The notes below the pieces were generated by a model. The model was not told where the DNA came from and ran no database searches. It was given only the letters and a program-made list of their open reading frames with translations. The position numbers and the translations under genes were made by a program. This document shows positions 26,746 to 42,240 of a DNA stretch of 64,000 bases, piece by piece. The stretch is from Octopus vulgaris (Eukaryota): contig OX597835.1 of the NCBI GenBank assembly GCA_951406725.2, positions 45,508,001 to 45,572,000 of the forward strand, given 5' to 3'. Positions within the stretch are counted from its first letter, which is position 1. Each line of letters starts with the position of its first letter.

Positions 26746-27024
26746 TATGTCCAAACCTTAGTGACTTGCCGTAACAATTAGCTCTTGCAAAGTTGGTTAA
26801 GATAAATTGTTACGTTCATAACAGGTTTGAAAAAAAGGGGGAAAGTAATGATAACGCCTCTCCGTTGTCAGTCGATCGCCAAGAAACATCAGGTGTCTCT
26901 CGGAAGTTTGAAAGTAACGATATGTTCAGCGCGCAGTACAACAGATGATGGACTCAATACAGGCGATGTTAAAGCAAAACACAAGAGTACCATGGTTTAT
27001 TCAAGGCTGACCGCGAAAGTAAAG

Positions 27025-27240
27025 GTTTCAAATGTAGGTACTAGTCCAGCAATTTCTGAGGGGAGGTGAAAGTAGATTATGTTTCCCCCCAGAACTCAAC
27101 TGGTACTTATTTTATCAACCTGGAAAGTATAAAAGGAAAAGTCGACCTCTGTGGAATTTGAACTCCGAACAGTAAAGACGGATGAAATGCCGCTGAGTGT
27201 TTAGTCCGGTGTGGTAATGGTTCTGCCAGTTCACCCATTC
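27025..27240 (-). mobile_element. SINE family A copy
   Basis: ctggtacttattttatcaacc..aaagtcgacctctgtggaatttgaactc..ttctgccagttcaccc. Confidence 0.8.
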
Positions 27241-27265
27241 GTCACAGCTGAAACAATAACAACCA

Positions 27266-27710
<445 letters not shown>

Positions 27711-27719
27711 CACTATTGT

Positions 27720-28335
27720 TTCTAATTTTCACACGAGACCAAAAGTTTTCACGGGAGCGGAAGGAGAATGTCGATTACTTCACAGGTATTTAATTTATCT
27801 ACCCAAGTATGATGAAAAATTGATTTCGGGTGGATTTATCAGCGATAAAACTTATAAAAATGAAGAACATAATGGACAACATCAATACAGCATCATCAAC
27901 AACAGCAATAATTCTTTCTAATTTTTTTCACAACATCAGGAATTTTAAGGAGGGATGTTAATTGATTCCATCGACCCCAGTTCTTAAGTTGTACTTATTT
28001 TAGTAAAGCCGAGAGGATGAAAGGCAAAGTCAATCTCGGCGAAGTTTGAAGACGCAGGGTAAAACCGGAAGAAATACCGAAAAGCATTTTGCCCGACGTG
28101 CAAACACGTTTCCCTGGCCGCCCTCCAACTGCAGCACCAATAATAACAATAATGGATTAATTCGATGACCTAGATACCCAACCCCCGTGCACAGCTGGTA
28201 CTTATGTATCGACTCCCGAAAGAATAATATACAAATTTCGACCTTAGAGGATTGTGAACTGAAAACGTAAAGACGGACGAAATGCTTATAATCATTTCGT
28301 CCGGCGTTCTATCGATTCTGCCAGATGGCCACCAT
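27720..28335 (-). mobile_element. Three tandem diverged SINE family A copies
   Basis: Repeated reverse-strand cores near 27770, 27970-28100 and 28190-28330. Confidence 0.7.
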
Positions 28336-29460
28336 AATCAATATAAGCAATAACAACAACCGAAATCGCAGTAGCAGCAGCAGCAGCGGGAATTGCAAGA
28401 CCAAAAGTTGTGATAACATTTGTCAAAACAAAGACAATTGATATAAAATAAAACAACAGGAATATCAACAACAATAACAACGGCGACCACAACAGCAACA
28501 ATTGTTTCAAAACCAGTAACAATAACAATAACAATAAAAACATGAATAGCAGCAAGAAGAAAAAAAGAATCAACAATTGATAAAACTGAAATAATCTTTC
28601 GATGCGGCGCTATGTGGCTGATGCACATGCTGGAAATACCAGCAAAATTTCCTCAAATTAAGAACAACTTATCTTCGGAAGAGAAGCTTTAAACTGCGGT
28701 GTTAGTCATATCTGACACTACGTTATGAAATGTGTTACGAAAGACACGGGGTGGTCATAGATAGGATAACTTTGATCCTGTGTGCCTAATCACCGCTGAC
28801 CTGGGGCTAAAGAATTACCACAACCACAAACAAAACAACAAAGAATGTAAGAAAGAAAAGGGTAGAAATTAGTGGACAAGAAATAACATAAAGGAATTAA
28901 TACAACCGTGTGAAATGAAGAGACGCTCGTGGGTAGCTTGTTAGGACACGAAATAACATGTCTGAGATGTCTTTGGTTCCTTCCACCCAGGTAGGAGAAA
29001 GATGGCGACTCAATTAGAAATTATTATAAAAGAAAGATTAACAATAATCCAATGTCATAGAACAAGCAATCAATGAAGATATCGAAAGATATGCTGCAAT
29101 TTAAAGTTGGATAAAATTCCTTAGGGTAAGAAAATGGAAGATCTAACATCTAATAAGGTAGAAAAGTGAACGATTATGGAAGAGGTGCGATGGCGACGGT
29201 CGGGAATAATTACAGCAAAAGAATAGTTTCTATGAAAGGAAAAAAGAAAAATACAGAAATGGTATCCTTGACTATAAAGCGATAATTTATTCATCATGGA
29301 CGTACGTATGTGTGGTGGTCTTGTTGCGTCACGAATACAAACGCATAGAGATATGTAAGATACAAGCATACGCTTTGATGCATGCAATCGTGCACATACT
29401 AATACAGAGAAACGTGTGTGGATTAATGCTTATATTGAGTGGGTATATAAGCGTCTATAT

Positions 29461-29491
<31 letters not shown>

Positions 29492-29656
29492 ATCGATATA
29501 TATCTATATAGAAACATGCATATACAAAGGTGTGTAGACATATATTAATGATATATATTATATATGTACACAAACATTCACATACACACATACGCACACA
29601 TACATACATACACACACACACACACTCACACATATATATATATATATGTGTGTGCA

Positions 29657-29812
29657 GGAGTGACTCTGTGATTAAAAGCTTGCTTCCCAACCACAGGGTT
29701 CCGGCTTCAGTCCCACTGCGTGACACATTGGGCGAGTGTCTTCTACCATAGCCTCGGACCAACTACAGCCTTATAATTGGATTTGGTAGACAGAAACTGA
29801 AAGAAGCTCGTC

Positions 29813-29853
<41 letters not shown>

Positions 29854-30020
29854 CCAATTCGCTTGACTACTGATCTTGGTCTGTTTACATCTTCGTAACT
29901 TAGCGTAAAAGAGACCGATAGAATAAGTACTATACATGGAGAGCATAAGTCCTGTTCCACTAAAACCGGTGCTCCAGCGTGGCAGCAGTCAAATGACTGG
30001 AAAAAGTAAAAGGATAAAAA
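29657..30020 (+). mobile_element. SINE family B copy
   Basis: Collinear with 19496-19901; internal (TG)n. Confidence 0.82.
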
Positions 30021-30385
30021 AATAAACGAATTTCCACCTATCTCTCTCTCTCTCTCTCCCTCTCTCTCTTTATCTATCTATTTATCTATCTTAGAAATAA
30101 ACGCCAAATGGCTCCAACAACTATATTATTTAACCATTAGCAGAGGTCGAAACAAAGAAGATGTTTTAAAAAAGAGTTTACCTATAGATCGATTTTTGGT
30201 TTAGAGACATACATACGTTTACCTTCCATAGTATAGTATAACACAATCTTTATGTTCACTTCCCTCGCTTTCAACATGTGCTAATGTGGTATATAATGTA
30301 GATCTTAGACCCAATAGGCGTCTATTTCTACCAGGTGGCACTACTCATTAGTGCCCTTATTATAATTATATTTATATAATTATAG

Positions 30386-30626
30386 TACGTTTATATATTT
30401 GTTGTGCAACATTTTTTATGTGAAGTCGTGTGTTGAAACAGATATTATTATATTTCGGAATATTTAACTGCCAGAGTTCTTTCGTCACACTCCTGTGACC
30501 GCATCAGTGGTCCTTTGTTTTCTTCGTTCTTGTTTGTTTCTCTCCTTACTAACCGTCAGCCAATTTGTATAGTGCGTGTGTTTTTATTGGCTAAACTTGC
30601 AAAATGACCATTTCGAAATATAATAA
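30386..30626 (-). mobile_element. Non-coding mini-derivative of the 19986-21778 Penelope-like family
   Basis: Matches tail and pLTR 19986-20060 and 20165-20262, then switches to an inverted pLTR end matching 21718-21776; AT-rich (TA)-like flanks. Confidence 0.82.
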
Positions 30627-30639
30627 TGTATAATTATAG

Positions 30640-31260
30640 ATTTTGTATTAATTTTTACCTATATGGATTTATTACATTTTGCAAAGAGCTTGAAATCATA
30701 CAAATAAAAGAGATGATTTCTAGTTTTATCAAAAAATAGCCATATTGTACATTATCAAGCAATCTCGAAAGAGGTATTATGACCACACAATCGACGAGTG
30801 GAGAGTCACCCTGAAAAATGCCACATGAAATTCTTACATATTTAGCATTGAAACATATATTGTCACAATTCGAAATCCTTGTGGTTTTTCATGATCTCAT
30901 ACTTACAGATGAGAACTTTCACAGAGTAGAACTATTTTGTAAATTTTCAAACATTTCTTAATTCAGCCATGCGGTAGGCTATCAAAGGCTATTTTTATAG
31001 TCTATCCAGGCTATTGATAAGATCTTTCGTCGTTTGTGACAATCTTCCCAAATCATCTTACTAATGAGTAGCTGATCTTTACAACCATAGAACCCACCTT
31101 TGCATCCTCTTTGCTCATTAAGGTAGATGCGACTTTCTATTAAAAAATATACAAGTGTATTCAATCAAGACAGATGTGAATATTTTGCAAGCAGGTTATT
31201 GGGCTATAATTTTTTGTTTCATTTGTTTCTTCGTTTTTCGGAAATATTAGAAATGTAATA
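30640..31260 (-). mobile_element. R4/Dong-clade RT fragment (decayed)
   Basis: EQRGCKGGFYGCKDQLLISKMIWEDC..LSIAWIDYK.. followed by frameshifted FDS.PH and GIFQGDSP(L). Confidence 0.82.
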
Positions 31261-31342
31261 CCAATATCTAACCTAGAGGGAATGTAACACCATTAACAAC
31301 CCAAGAGGAAATCGTATTATTATCATTATTATTATTATTATT

Positions 31343-32070
31343 CTATGTTTGACTTTTGCTTTATGTCTGTACAAGTTGGTTCCAAGTCTCACCCAGAGAC
31401 CTCAAGGGACAACAGGTTGGAAGTTCACGTTGTTGTAATGCCTAGTGTGCCATATATTTGGAGTTTTTTTTTTTTGGTGTTGTACTAGTCTGATACATAA
31501 ATTTAAAAAAAAAAGTTTGTTTTAAACCTTGGGATTACATAGAGAGTATTTTGCGTAGGATATGAGCAGTTCCCATGAGCACTATCTTGTGAATTTCTGC
31601 CATTTTGGGGTTTCCTGATATCTGAGTTAGGTAGCAATCAGCCCCTTTCGCTATCATTCCCAGGGCACCTATGACAACAGGTATTGTTTTAGTCTTCAGC
31701 TTCCACATTTTGCTGATTTCTATTTCAAGATCTTTATATTTGCTCAGTTTTTGGTAGGTCTTGACAGATACGTTTATATCGATTGGGACAGTCATATCAA
31801 TGAGGAGGCATGTTCTTTGTCTGAAGTCTTTCAATATGTCTGGCCTATTTGCATCTATCTTTCTGTCAGTTTTAAATTGTGAAGTTCCAGAGGAGTGAGG
31901 TGTGGTCATTTTCAAGCACTGGGGGTGGTTTGTGTTCCCACCAGTTTTTTTCATGGGGCAAATCCAGGTTTTTGCAAATTACCCAGTGAATATATTGTGC
32001 AGCTCTATCATGCCTGTTGAGATACTCTGTAGGCGCTAGAAGACTGCATTTGGAGACAACATGATCAATG

Positions 32071-32071
<1 letters not shown>
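31343..32071 (-). mobile_element. R4/Dong-clade 3' fragment in (TAA)n, frameshifted
   Basis: TIDHVVSKCSLLAPTEYLNRHDR..WWEHKP..LLWNF / TDRKIDANRPDI..CLLIDMTVP..KLSKYKDLEIEI..GTAHILRKILSM; (ATT)n flanks. Confidence 0.9.
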
Positions 32072-32136
<65 letters not shown>

Positions 32137-32230
32137 ATTGTTGTTGTTATTATTATTATTATCATTATCATCATCATCATCATCATCATCATTATTATTA
32201 TTATTACTATTATTATTATTTTTGTTGTTG

Positions 32231-32297
<67 letters not shown>

Positions 32298-32298
<1 letters not shown>

Positions 32299-32850
32299 GA
32301 GTGAGAGAGCAGTACATGCCACCAATGTGACCCTGGGTTAAAATACACGAAGCCCAGTATACCCGTCATGACTACCAGTCTAATAAGGGTACACTAGGCA
32401 CAAGCATCACAACCATATGTGCGCGACATGGTGATCTCATATCAAAATAAACAGCAGATGACCTTGCAGGTGGGCCCAGTTAGAATTTTCGTCTGGTCGA
32501 GTAGCCCATCCCGCTCAAAAGGCCCCTGAATATGGATTGTTTAAGGATGTTGAACGAACCACCCATGTTTCCAGAGGTGAACTATTCAAACCCCAAAGAA
32601 TCCCTCTCAACACATGGCTATGATGCTCCCCCACTACTTCTGCTCGTGATCAGAGATGCACATATCGTCAGCCACTAAGGGACATGCTCAACTGGTTAAG
32701 GTCAAACAACTGACAAGCAAATATGTGGTATTGAACAGAATATTTGCTGTAGCCCATCTTTTATACCAAGACAAAACAATGTACATGATAACACTTCCAA
32801 TCAGTTAAGATCAGAAGCCACGAGAGCCACTGCCTGGTACTGCATCAGGG
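32298..32850 (-). mobile_element. ~550-bp non-coding element in (TAA)n, copy 2
   Basis: Collinear with 7426-7950 plus ~20 extra nt at the inferred 5' end; (ATT)n on both sides. Confidence 0.82.
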
Positions 32851-32859
32851 TATAAGAGA

Positions 32860-32999
<140 letters not shown>

Positions 33000-33018
33000 A
33001 AGTAGTAGTAAAAGTTGT

Positions 33019-33232
33019 AACGAAGCGAACTGGCTGAATTGTCAGCGTGCTGGACGAAATACTTAGTGGTATTTCACCCGTCGCTACGTTCTGAGTTCAA
33101 ATCCCACAGGGGTAGACTTTACCTTTCTTCCTTTCGGAGTTGACAAAATATGTACCAGGTGAGTTCTGGGGTAAATGTAATCGATAATGCCCTCCCCCAT
33201 ATCTCAGGTCTCGTGCCTATAGTAGAAAAGAT
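33019..33232 (+). mobile_element. SINE family A copy; further diverged copies at ~34200-34600
   Basis: ctggctgaattgtcagcgtgctggacgaaat..gttctgagttcaaatccc..gactttacctttcttcctttcggagttga. Confidence 0.78.
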
Positions 33233-33682
33233 TATTATTATCGTTATTATTATCATTATGATTGTGATGATCATCATTCTCATTATTATTCAAGCCATTA
33301 TTAGTCAATTAATGTTGTAATTAAGTAAATCTGGTTCAACACAAGATCAACAAGAATAACGAGAGCATTTGCTTGATGAGTTCACGAATGGTGACAGAGG
33401 GTTTCTGACAAATCAACTCATTGATTGATCGAATTATTTATCAATCAATCATTTTGAAAACAGGTTAATTAAATTGTTTTTGCTAATAATATGAAAAAAT
33501 CAATTGTGTTTTTATAAATGATTATAAATTTGTTTTCGAATACTTGCCTGTAGAAATGAGCCTGTGTCCGTATGCGTTCGCGGGTTTCTGTGAGGGCGTG
33601 CGTATGTGTACTTAAGTGAGTAAAGGCCTGTGTATTTATGTGAGCTGGGTAGTGTTTGTGTATGTGTGTGTGTGTGTGTGTG

Positions 33683-33724
<42 letters not shown>

Positions 33725-34699
33725 GTTTCCTATCTATATTTAAAGCTAATCTTTGCGATTCAGCCGTTGAAGATCGATAACAAAAAGGAAAAAAGAAAAA
33801 TAGTAGACGAACCACTAGGTTTTCCATAAACATCTAAAGCTGTTTCAACCAGGCACAGTCGTGAGTGCAACGAATAAAACCATTAAAAATATTATGATTT
33901 ATTGAAATACATATATTTACACATTTATGAATGGCTTTAAATATATTTGTTATATTGCAATCTATATATTTTTATAATATGTGATAAAAATGTGTTGAAA
34001 GCATCGATTTATGATTTATTAATAATAATAATTATTTTTTTGGTTAAATACGAAGAGAAACTATGTCACATGGTGGATATTGATCTTTGAGATAGTTCCG
34101 TCGTCAGGTTTGTTGACAACAGAAACAAAATATATTGATCTGATTATTGGTGTCATCGATTCAATACTACATTTTATTATTATTAAATCAAATACAGCGT
34201 CGCGAGCTGTTAGTATACGAACAAAAGTGTTAGCGGAATTTCGTCTCTGTTTACCTTCTGCGTTCAAAATCCACCGAAGTTGACTTTGCCTCTTATCAGG
34301 TTGGGGAGCAATACGGGCTGAGGTAATCATTTTAAACATTCCCTCGAAATTGCTGGCCTGGTACAAGACAATGAATACTAAATCAAATAAGGCAGTGAGA
34401 AACATTAGCATGGCGGATGGAATGCGTAGCAGGATTTTGTCCGTCTTTACGTTCCGATTTCAAATTCCACTGAGGTCGATTTTACATTCCTTCATTTCGG
34501 TGGTCGATAAAATATTTAACAGTTTAGCACTTCGGTTAATGTAATCGACATTCCTCTCTCATAAACATTCTAGCCTTGTGCCAAAATATGAAATCATTAT
34601 TACAGAAGTAATTTAAGCAGCGATCTCAAATAATCGTTCACACGCAAGAAAAAATGCCTAGCGCTATTAAATCTGCCTCCACGATCTTATCGCAAATTC

Positions 34700-35178
34700 T
34701 GCCGCATTGCTGACTTGTGAAGATTTGTCGAGCGATTATTGTCACGTGTAGGACGGACCCGGCTATCATCGAAGTCCTTTGTGAAGATCGCCTCGCCTCC
34801 TTCGATTGGCCGGGAAGGGAGGACAAGTTCTCTCTGTCTAGTAGCTATGCCACAAGAGGTTGTGCGCTGGAAGTGATTGAAAGTGTTGAAGACAGGTACC
34901 TTCCTGTTTGACCAAGACATCATTACATTTTTCAGGTCGAATATGAAAAGCAAAGTGAAGTTAGAGAGGTATTGTCAGCCAGTAATTTCGTTGAAAGGTG
35001 GGTGACTGTATCAAGAATGGCCCGCGTGAATGGGCCTACTTTAAGTGTGCATCTTTAAGCCGGATGGAAGAGAGAAAAGAAGGTGCCTTCCTGAGGAACC
35101 GTTGATGTTAAGGGGTCCAAAGTGTGTGAGGGCTCTTTAGTCACCTTACGGTGGAGCTCCCACCAACTGGGGAAGCAT
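34700..35178 (-). mobile_element. Very decayed LINE RT fragment
   Basis: Minus-strand peptides PLTSTVPQ.. and KLLADNTSL resemble the GVPQG and FADD RT motifs, in the right order. Confidence 0.35.
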
Positions 35179-35199
35179 ATTGTTGATTTTATTATTGTT

Positions 35200-35230
<31 letters not shown>

Positions 35231-35239
35231 TTATTATTA

Positions 35240-36484
35240 TGGGTTTTTTTTCTTCTTTCAAATTTGCTTCCATTTCTTGCCGAGTGATTTCCCGACTCCT
35301 AGGGCAAAGAAACTCATTGTATAAATTGGTGGGCCATTAAACTAAACTCACTAGTTCGCTCATTTTTTTTTTTATAGAAATAAAGTTAAATTAAAATAGA
35401 TGGGTAGTAATAGTTCTCACATCGACAATGCTCTTCTCAATACGTGTGATGTACCAGTTAAGACACTCTTTTGCACTTCTTGAAAGGATGGTAAGCCAGG
35501 GATCATTCTCATATAATTTTCGGTTCCCTTCTTGATCATTCCTAGTGCTGCTACGATCACTGGTATTGTAACCGCCTTGAGATGCCACATTTTCTCAATT
35601 TCAATGAGCAAGTCTTTATATTTACTGAGCTTGTCAAATTCTTTCGCCGAGATATTATGATCACAGGGGATGCTTATGTCGATCAATAAGCAAACTTTAT
35701 TGTTTTGGTCTTTCGCAACAATATCCGGTTTATTGGCTTTGATGGTTCTCTCTGTATGTACTGGAGAGTCCCACAGAATCGTTACATTTTCTCCTTCAGT
35801 TACAGCTTCAGGCTGGTGATTATACCACTTGTCGGCAGTTTTGATATTGTAATGCTGACTTATCAGCCAGTGTAGATATTGGCCAACTCTGTCATGTCTT
35901 AATTTATACTCCACTGGGGCTAAGACTTTACATCCGGAGATTAGGTGGTCCACCCTTTCAATCATGTCGTTGCAGAATCGGCATTTTGGGTCTGCTCCAT
36001 TTTTCATTACATTGGCCTGGTAGTTCCGGGTTAATAGGCTTTGATCTTGAGTAGCCAGGATGAAACCTTCGCTCTCTGCTTTTAGCCCTGAGCTCCGTAG
36101 CCACTGATGGGTTTGCTTCTGGTCAACATCAGCTTGCTTGCTACGGACCACATATTTGCCGTGCAGAGGATTCTCCTCCCACCTATCAGCCAATTGCTCG
36201 TGCGCTTTTTTCGTTGCCATTATTTTCACCTTTGCAACAATAGTTGCTGTACTTCTCTCGGGTTGTTCAGTTTGGGTATCCTGCACGAGATCAATAGCAA
36301 TTTTTTGGCTTTCCTTTATGATAGAATGAAGCTTCTTTCGTCTCTCGTGATTTTCCACGAGCTTTAGCATCCAGTCATTCGTTATTTCAAGATATTTGGC
36401 CAGTCCAATTGTGGTTGTTTTGTAAGCTAGTTCAAATTGGATCAGGCCTCGACCTCCTTGGGCTCTGGGGAGGTAAAGGCGATC
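35240..36484 (-). mobile_element. R4/Dong-clade LINE, 5'-truncated (RT thumb, CCHC knuckle, RLE), in (TAA)n
   Basis: Uninterrupted ~355-aa frame DRLYLPRAQGGRGL..LHGKY..CRFC-x8-H-x4-C..RHD..NKPDIV..LIDISIP..KLSKYKDL; the N-terminal M/I run of the listed ORF is microsatellite. Confidence 0.93.
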
Positions 36485-36492
36485 TATTATTA

Positions 36493-36578
<86 letters not shown>

Positions 36579-36579
<1 letters not shown>

Positions 36580-36766
36580 AGGAAGTGAGCTGGTAAAATC
36601 CTTAGCACGCGGGGCGGAAAGCTTAGCATTATTTCAAATTACACTGAGGTCGGCTTTGCCTTTCATCGTTTCGATAAATTAAATACCATTTGAACACTGG
36701 AGTCGATATAATCGGATAGTTCCCTCCCCCAAAAATTTCAGGCCTTGTGCCTTTAGAAAAACCGGA
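36579..36766 (+). mobile_element. SINE family A copy
   Basis: aaggaagtgagctggtaaaatccttagcacgc..gaggtcggctttgcctttcatcgtttcgataaattaaatacca. Confidence 0.78.
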
Positions 36767-38774
36767 TTATTGTTATCATTACCAATGTCTCCATCACCAA
36801 TTTTACTGCTGCACATGTAATGCACACGGTGGTGTTAATGATACATAATAATGAAATACAAAATGGAATAAAAACATGTAACCTTATCGTAGCAATCATT
36901 TTGCTTATTTTCTAGTTAATAATAGGAATTGCGTTGAAAACTGAAGCCTGTTTAAGCTAATAAAAACACACGGAAAACTGGCAATCGCTTACATCTACAT
37001 TTTCAACTATAATTTTTTTCTTATTATACCATCTACTTTGCAATCTAACGGATTACGTTGGCGTCGCTCATTTGAAAGTCAATTTAAGTAAATTTACAGT
37101 TACGATGGAAGATAACCTATTATAGAAAATTTTACTTTACTTGAAACATTTCTTAAAATATTACGTCATCTTCGAAATTATGTGGAGTCTTTCTACTTAA
37201 AGGTAAAAGAAACAAATACAGAAAAAATACATGGTGGCTATTTTTTTTTAACCGGGTAATTATGTGCAATAGATGCACAGCATGGTTCAAAAGCCTGACA
37301 ATCTTTAATTTGGTGAATGTTTCAAGGCGGGATTGTTAAATGTTAATATGTAAATACCATTTAGTAATTTGAACAAAAACGTGCGGATTGCACCAATTAC
37401 ATGTTTTACAATAGCATGTTATATTGACGATTAGCTTTGAATAGCTAATCTGTATAGTTGATACAAAACAACCCAGCGTAGCAGTAGGATAGGAGCAGAT
37501 GGAAGCTAATTGTTAGATTTCACAATCAATAATATTTCAGTAATTCGCTATGAGATTCTTTACAATAAGTTCTATATAATCGTAATTGAACTGATTACCT
37601 TCGTTTGGCGTCTATAAAACAGAAAATATATAATAATTGTTTCTAGTGCTAAGATTCATAAACCCCAGAAATGTCCCTCTGGGGGATCTCCTACTAGTTT
37701 ATGATTAAAAATGAGTCCTACTCAAAGGTATACCGTTTCAATAATCCTGATAATAATGTTGATGGCGTTTTTACATTCGCAACTGTTGAGACAACGCAAA
37801 AAGTGATGCCTTTAAAACTACAATAAATAATGAAGCCGTTGACAGTTTCATTGATTTAGAAATTTTATTTTCAACTCTTTATCATATTAATGTGGAATCG
37901 CTTAATTACTTTATTTCCATAATCGCCATAGTTTCTTCGACACAAAGAATTAACTCGTGTTTCCATATGTAATTTTAACATTAAAGATAATGTTTTACCT
38001 ATTTGTACCTGAAATTCGCTGTTTTCTATTAATGCCGCGGCCTGAACTCAAAGCCAATAACCATGATCTGCTTTCTTACCTTGTTATTTCATTGTCTGGG
38101 ACAAAAGTCCCATATTTTAAACGATTAATGGGCAATAGATCTTTATTAGAATAACACACCTTCTAATGCCTCCTAAATAACAACTACCCTTGGATATATC
38201 TGAGTTCCTTCCTTTCTTCCTTCCTTCATTCCATCCTTCCTTCCTTCCTTCCTTCCTTACCTATTTTACTTTCTGAAAGACTTTGATGAAACTATGAATA
38301 TTATTTTTTGGTTTTTTACATTTTCTTAAGTCGTAAGGACTCGATTTTATAATTCGGCTCCAGTTTTTACAATAGAACACTCGTGTTTTGAATTAGGTGT
38401 CCCTATTGCACTTGGCATTTTATTACATTCCAAGTAGACATATTCTTGGTCACATTTTTCCGGTGCCGTCTTATAACAATTTTATCATTTTCCTTAGCAG
38501 TATTTCTTTATCAATTCATTCAGTGCTATTTTCCTCCAAAACCAACAATAACATTGGTCTCAATACGTCACATGCTATTACAGCAATATCATAAATCTAA
38601 ATCCATAAATTACCTATAGGCATTAAAGAAAGGGGTCAACTGCGCAACAAATTCATTTATTTGATAGGTGAAGGCTTAAAACAAACGGATGCAATTGTCA
38701 TCATATAAAAAAGAAGTTAGAAAATTTATATATTTCAAAGAATTCGTTAGACAACACAGGATCCTCAGCATGTC

Positions 38775-38775
<1 letters not shown>

Positions 38776-38805
<30 letters not shown>

Positions 38806-39759
38806 CTTCTTCTTCTTCTTCTTCTTCTTCTTCTTCTTCTTCTTCTTCTTCTTCTTCTTCTTCGTCGTCGTCGTCGTCGTCGTCATCTTCTACTTCTTCT
38901 TCGTCTTCTTCTTCTTCTTCTTCTTCTTCTTCTTCTTCTTCTTCTTCTTCGTCGTCGTCGTCGTCGTCGTCGTCATCTTCTACTTCTTCTTCGTCTTCTT
39001 CTTCTTTTTCTTCTTCTTTTTCTTCCTCTTCTCCTTCTTCTTATTTTTCTTCTTCTTCTTATCCTTCTTTCCTCCTCCTCCTCCTCCCGCTTCTTCTTCT
39101 TTTCCTCCTTTTTTTTCTTTTTTCTTCTTCTTTTTTCTCCTTCTTCTCCTCCTTCTTCTACTTCCTCTTCTTCTTCTTCTTCTTCTTCTTCTTCTTCTTC
39201 TTCTTCTTCTTCTTCTTTTTCTTCTTCTTTTTCTTCTTCTTTTTCTTCCTCTTCTCCTTCTTCTTCTTTTTCTTCTTCTTCTCTTCTTCTTCTTCTCCTT
39301 CTTTCCTCCTCCTCCTCCTCCCGCTTCTTCTTCTTTTCCTCCTTTTTTTTCTTTTTTCTTCTTCTTCTTTTTTCTCCTTCTTCTCCTCCTTCTTCTACTT
39401 CCTCTTGTTCTTCTTCTTCTTCCTCTTCTTCTTCTTCTTTTTCTTCTTCTTTTTCTTCTCCTTCTTCTTCTTTTTCTTCTTCTTTTTCTTCCTCTTCCCC
39501 TTCTTCTTCTTTTTCTTCTTCTTCTTTTTCTTCTTCTTCAACTTCTTCTTCTTCTTCTTCTTCTTCTCCTTCTTTCCTCCTCCTCCTCCTTCCGCTTCTT
39601 CTTCTTTTCCTCCTTCTTTTTTTCTTTTTTCTTCTTCTTCTTCTCCTTCTTCTCCCCCTCCTACTTTCGCTTCTTCTTTTTCTCCTTCTTCTCCTTCTTC
39701 TTCTTCTTCTTCTTCTTCTTCTTCTTCTTCTTCTTCTTCTTCTTCTTCTTCTTCTTCTT
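38776..39759. repeat. ~1-kb (CTT)n-based polypyrimidine tract with internal higher-order duplications
   Basis: Directly visible; a ~105-bp signature block recurs at ~39064 and ~39298; the (CGT)n-cat block is duplicated at 38863 and 38950. Confidence 0.95.
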
Positions 39760-40160
39760 GACAAGAATATATTAGTGATACGTAAATGTATCGCTGATCC
39801 TCGACTAGTATCGCCTATGAGCGGCGATTCTTCTATTTCGACATCTAATAATAATAATAGAATAGCATGCTTATTTCCTAAATCGTATTTTGAAATTAAA
39901 AATGGAATACACGATTTTCCAAGATTTACTCATAAAGTTATCAGTGTTATTCATCTAAATAAAAAAAAGTGCTTCTTTTGCTGAAGTGATTATATGTGGA
40001 ACAATTAAAGAAAGATATAGCATGATGTAGATGTTATTAAAGTCGTGAAGAATAGAGGCATATTTTAAATTCAGTTAAGCATACTTATGACATCCAAACT
40101 ATCTAATTCTGGAATGCAAAATTCTTTAAGATAACTGAAACTGAGAAGTATTAAAATCTA

Positions 40161-41450
<1,290 letters not shown>

Positions 41451-41699
41451 AAGTGCATTTTGGCTGTGTATTTTCTTGCCTGCTTCGATCTTCACTTTCT
41501 TTGTATATTTTTTTATTTTTCCTTTTACTGGTTGTCTCTCTCCCTTTTTTCTCTGTCACATGACTTCGTAAATGAATAATCTGGTGTGTATATTTCAAAC
41601 GATGTAAACTAGGCTGGGGATTTTTAGCGAAGGTGTTACGTCCGGCAGGTGTCTCGTGGGACAGCAGCGCAGGACCGGTAACATTTAAGATGCTGAACC

Positions 41700-42240
41700 T
41701 CAACAACGAATGAGAACAACAAATTGTTGTTTGAATGTAATATTAGGAGTAAGTCAAAGAGAAGAGGTTGTAGGAAAATATTATTAGAAATCTGGAAAAA
41801 AATATCATCAGTATGAAGAGCCGAATGAAAACAGATTGGCTGAACGGATTTAAAAGATTAAGACCAAAATATGGTAAGAGAAGAAAGGAGAGAAGAAAAC
41901 AATAATGGACGGGAGAAAGGAACTGCAATGGAGTACTGATCCAGAAGACATAAATTCAAAACAGGAGAATTCGGAAAGCTTTGACATAGAGGTAGGGCAC
42001 CTATGATATATATATATGAGACTTTAGTGTATTTCCATGTAGAAAGTCTCCCCACTGCCAAAAAAAAAAACAAACAAACAAAAAAGATAAGTCTAGAATT
42101 AGCTTCTATCCGCAACAGAATTCCGGAAGTAGTGTTACTTAATGAAAGGAAAAGTTTACCATCACCGAAATCACGCGATAGAGCAAAGATCAGGACTCAG
42201 GAAAGCGAATGATGTTGGAAAAATTCAATTTAAGGACACC
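41700..42240 (+). mobile_element. Decayed R4/Dong N-terminal ORF fragment
   Basis: ENNKLLFECNIRSKSKRRGCRKILLEIWK resembles the N-terminal ..CY.RS.P..RGYRKRM..IW motif of R4/Dong ORFs. Confidence 0.5.

Noticed and set aside
28995-29080. AAGATGGCG (YY1-like/start context) as a gene start
   Set aside because: The frame closes after 24 codons and nothing else supports a promoter.
32610-32675. CTGACGA in the 550-bp element as a hammerhead core
   Set aside because: It is followed by GAAG rather than GAAA, and no proper stems II/III form.
38689-39984. 431-aa and 263-aa ORFs (poly-L/S/F and poly-E/R/K)
   Set aside because: They are explained entirely by the (CTT)n tract, with no complex coding sequence.
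41634-41683. TGTTAC...GTAACA as a mini solo LTR
   Set aside because: Only ~50 bp and no target-site duplication; more likely a hairpin upstream of the Dong 5' fragment.
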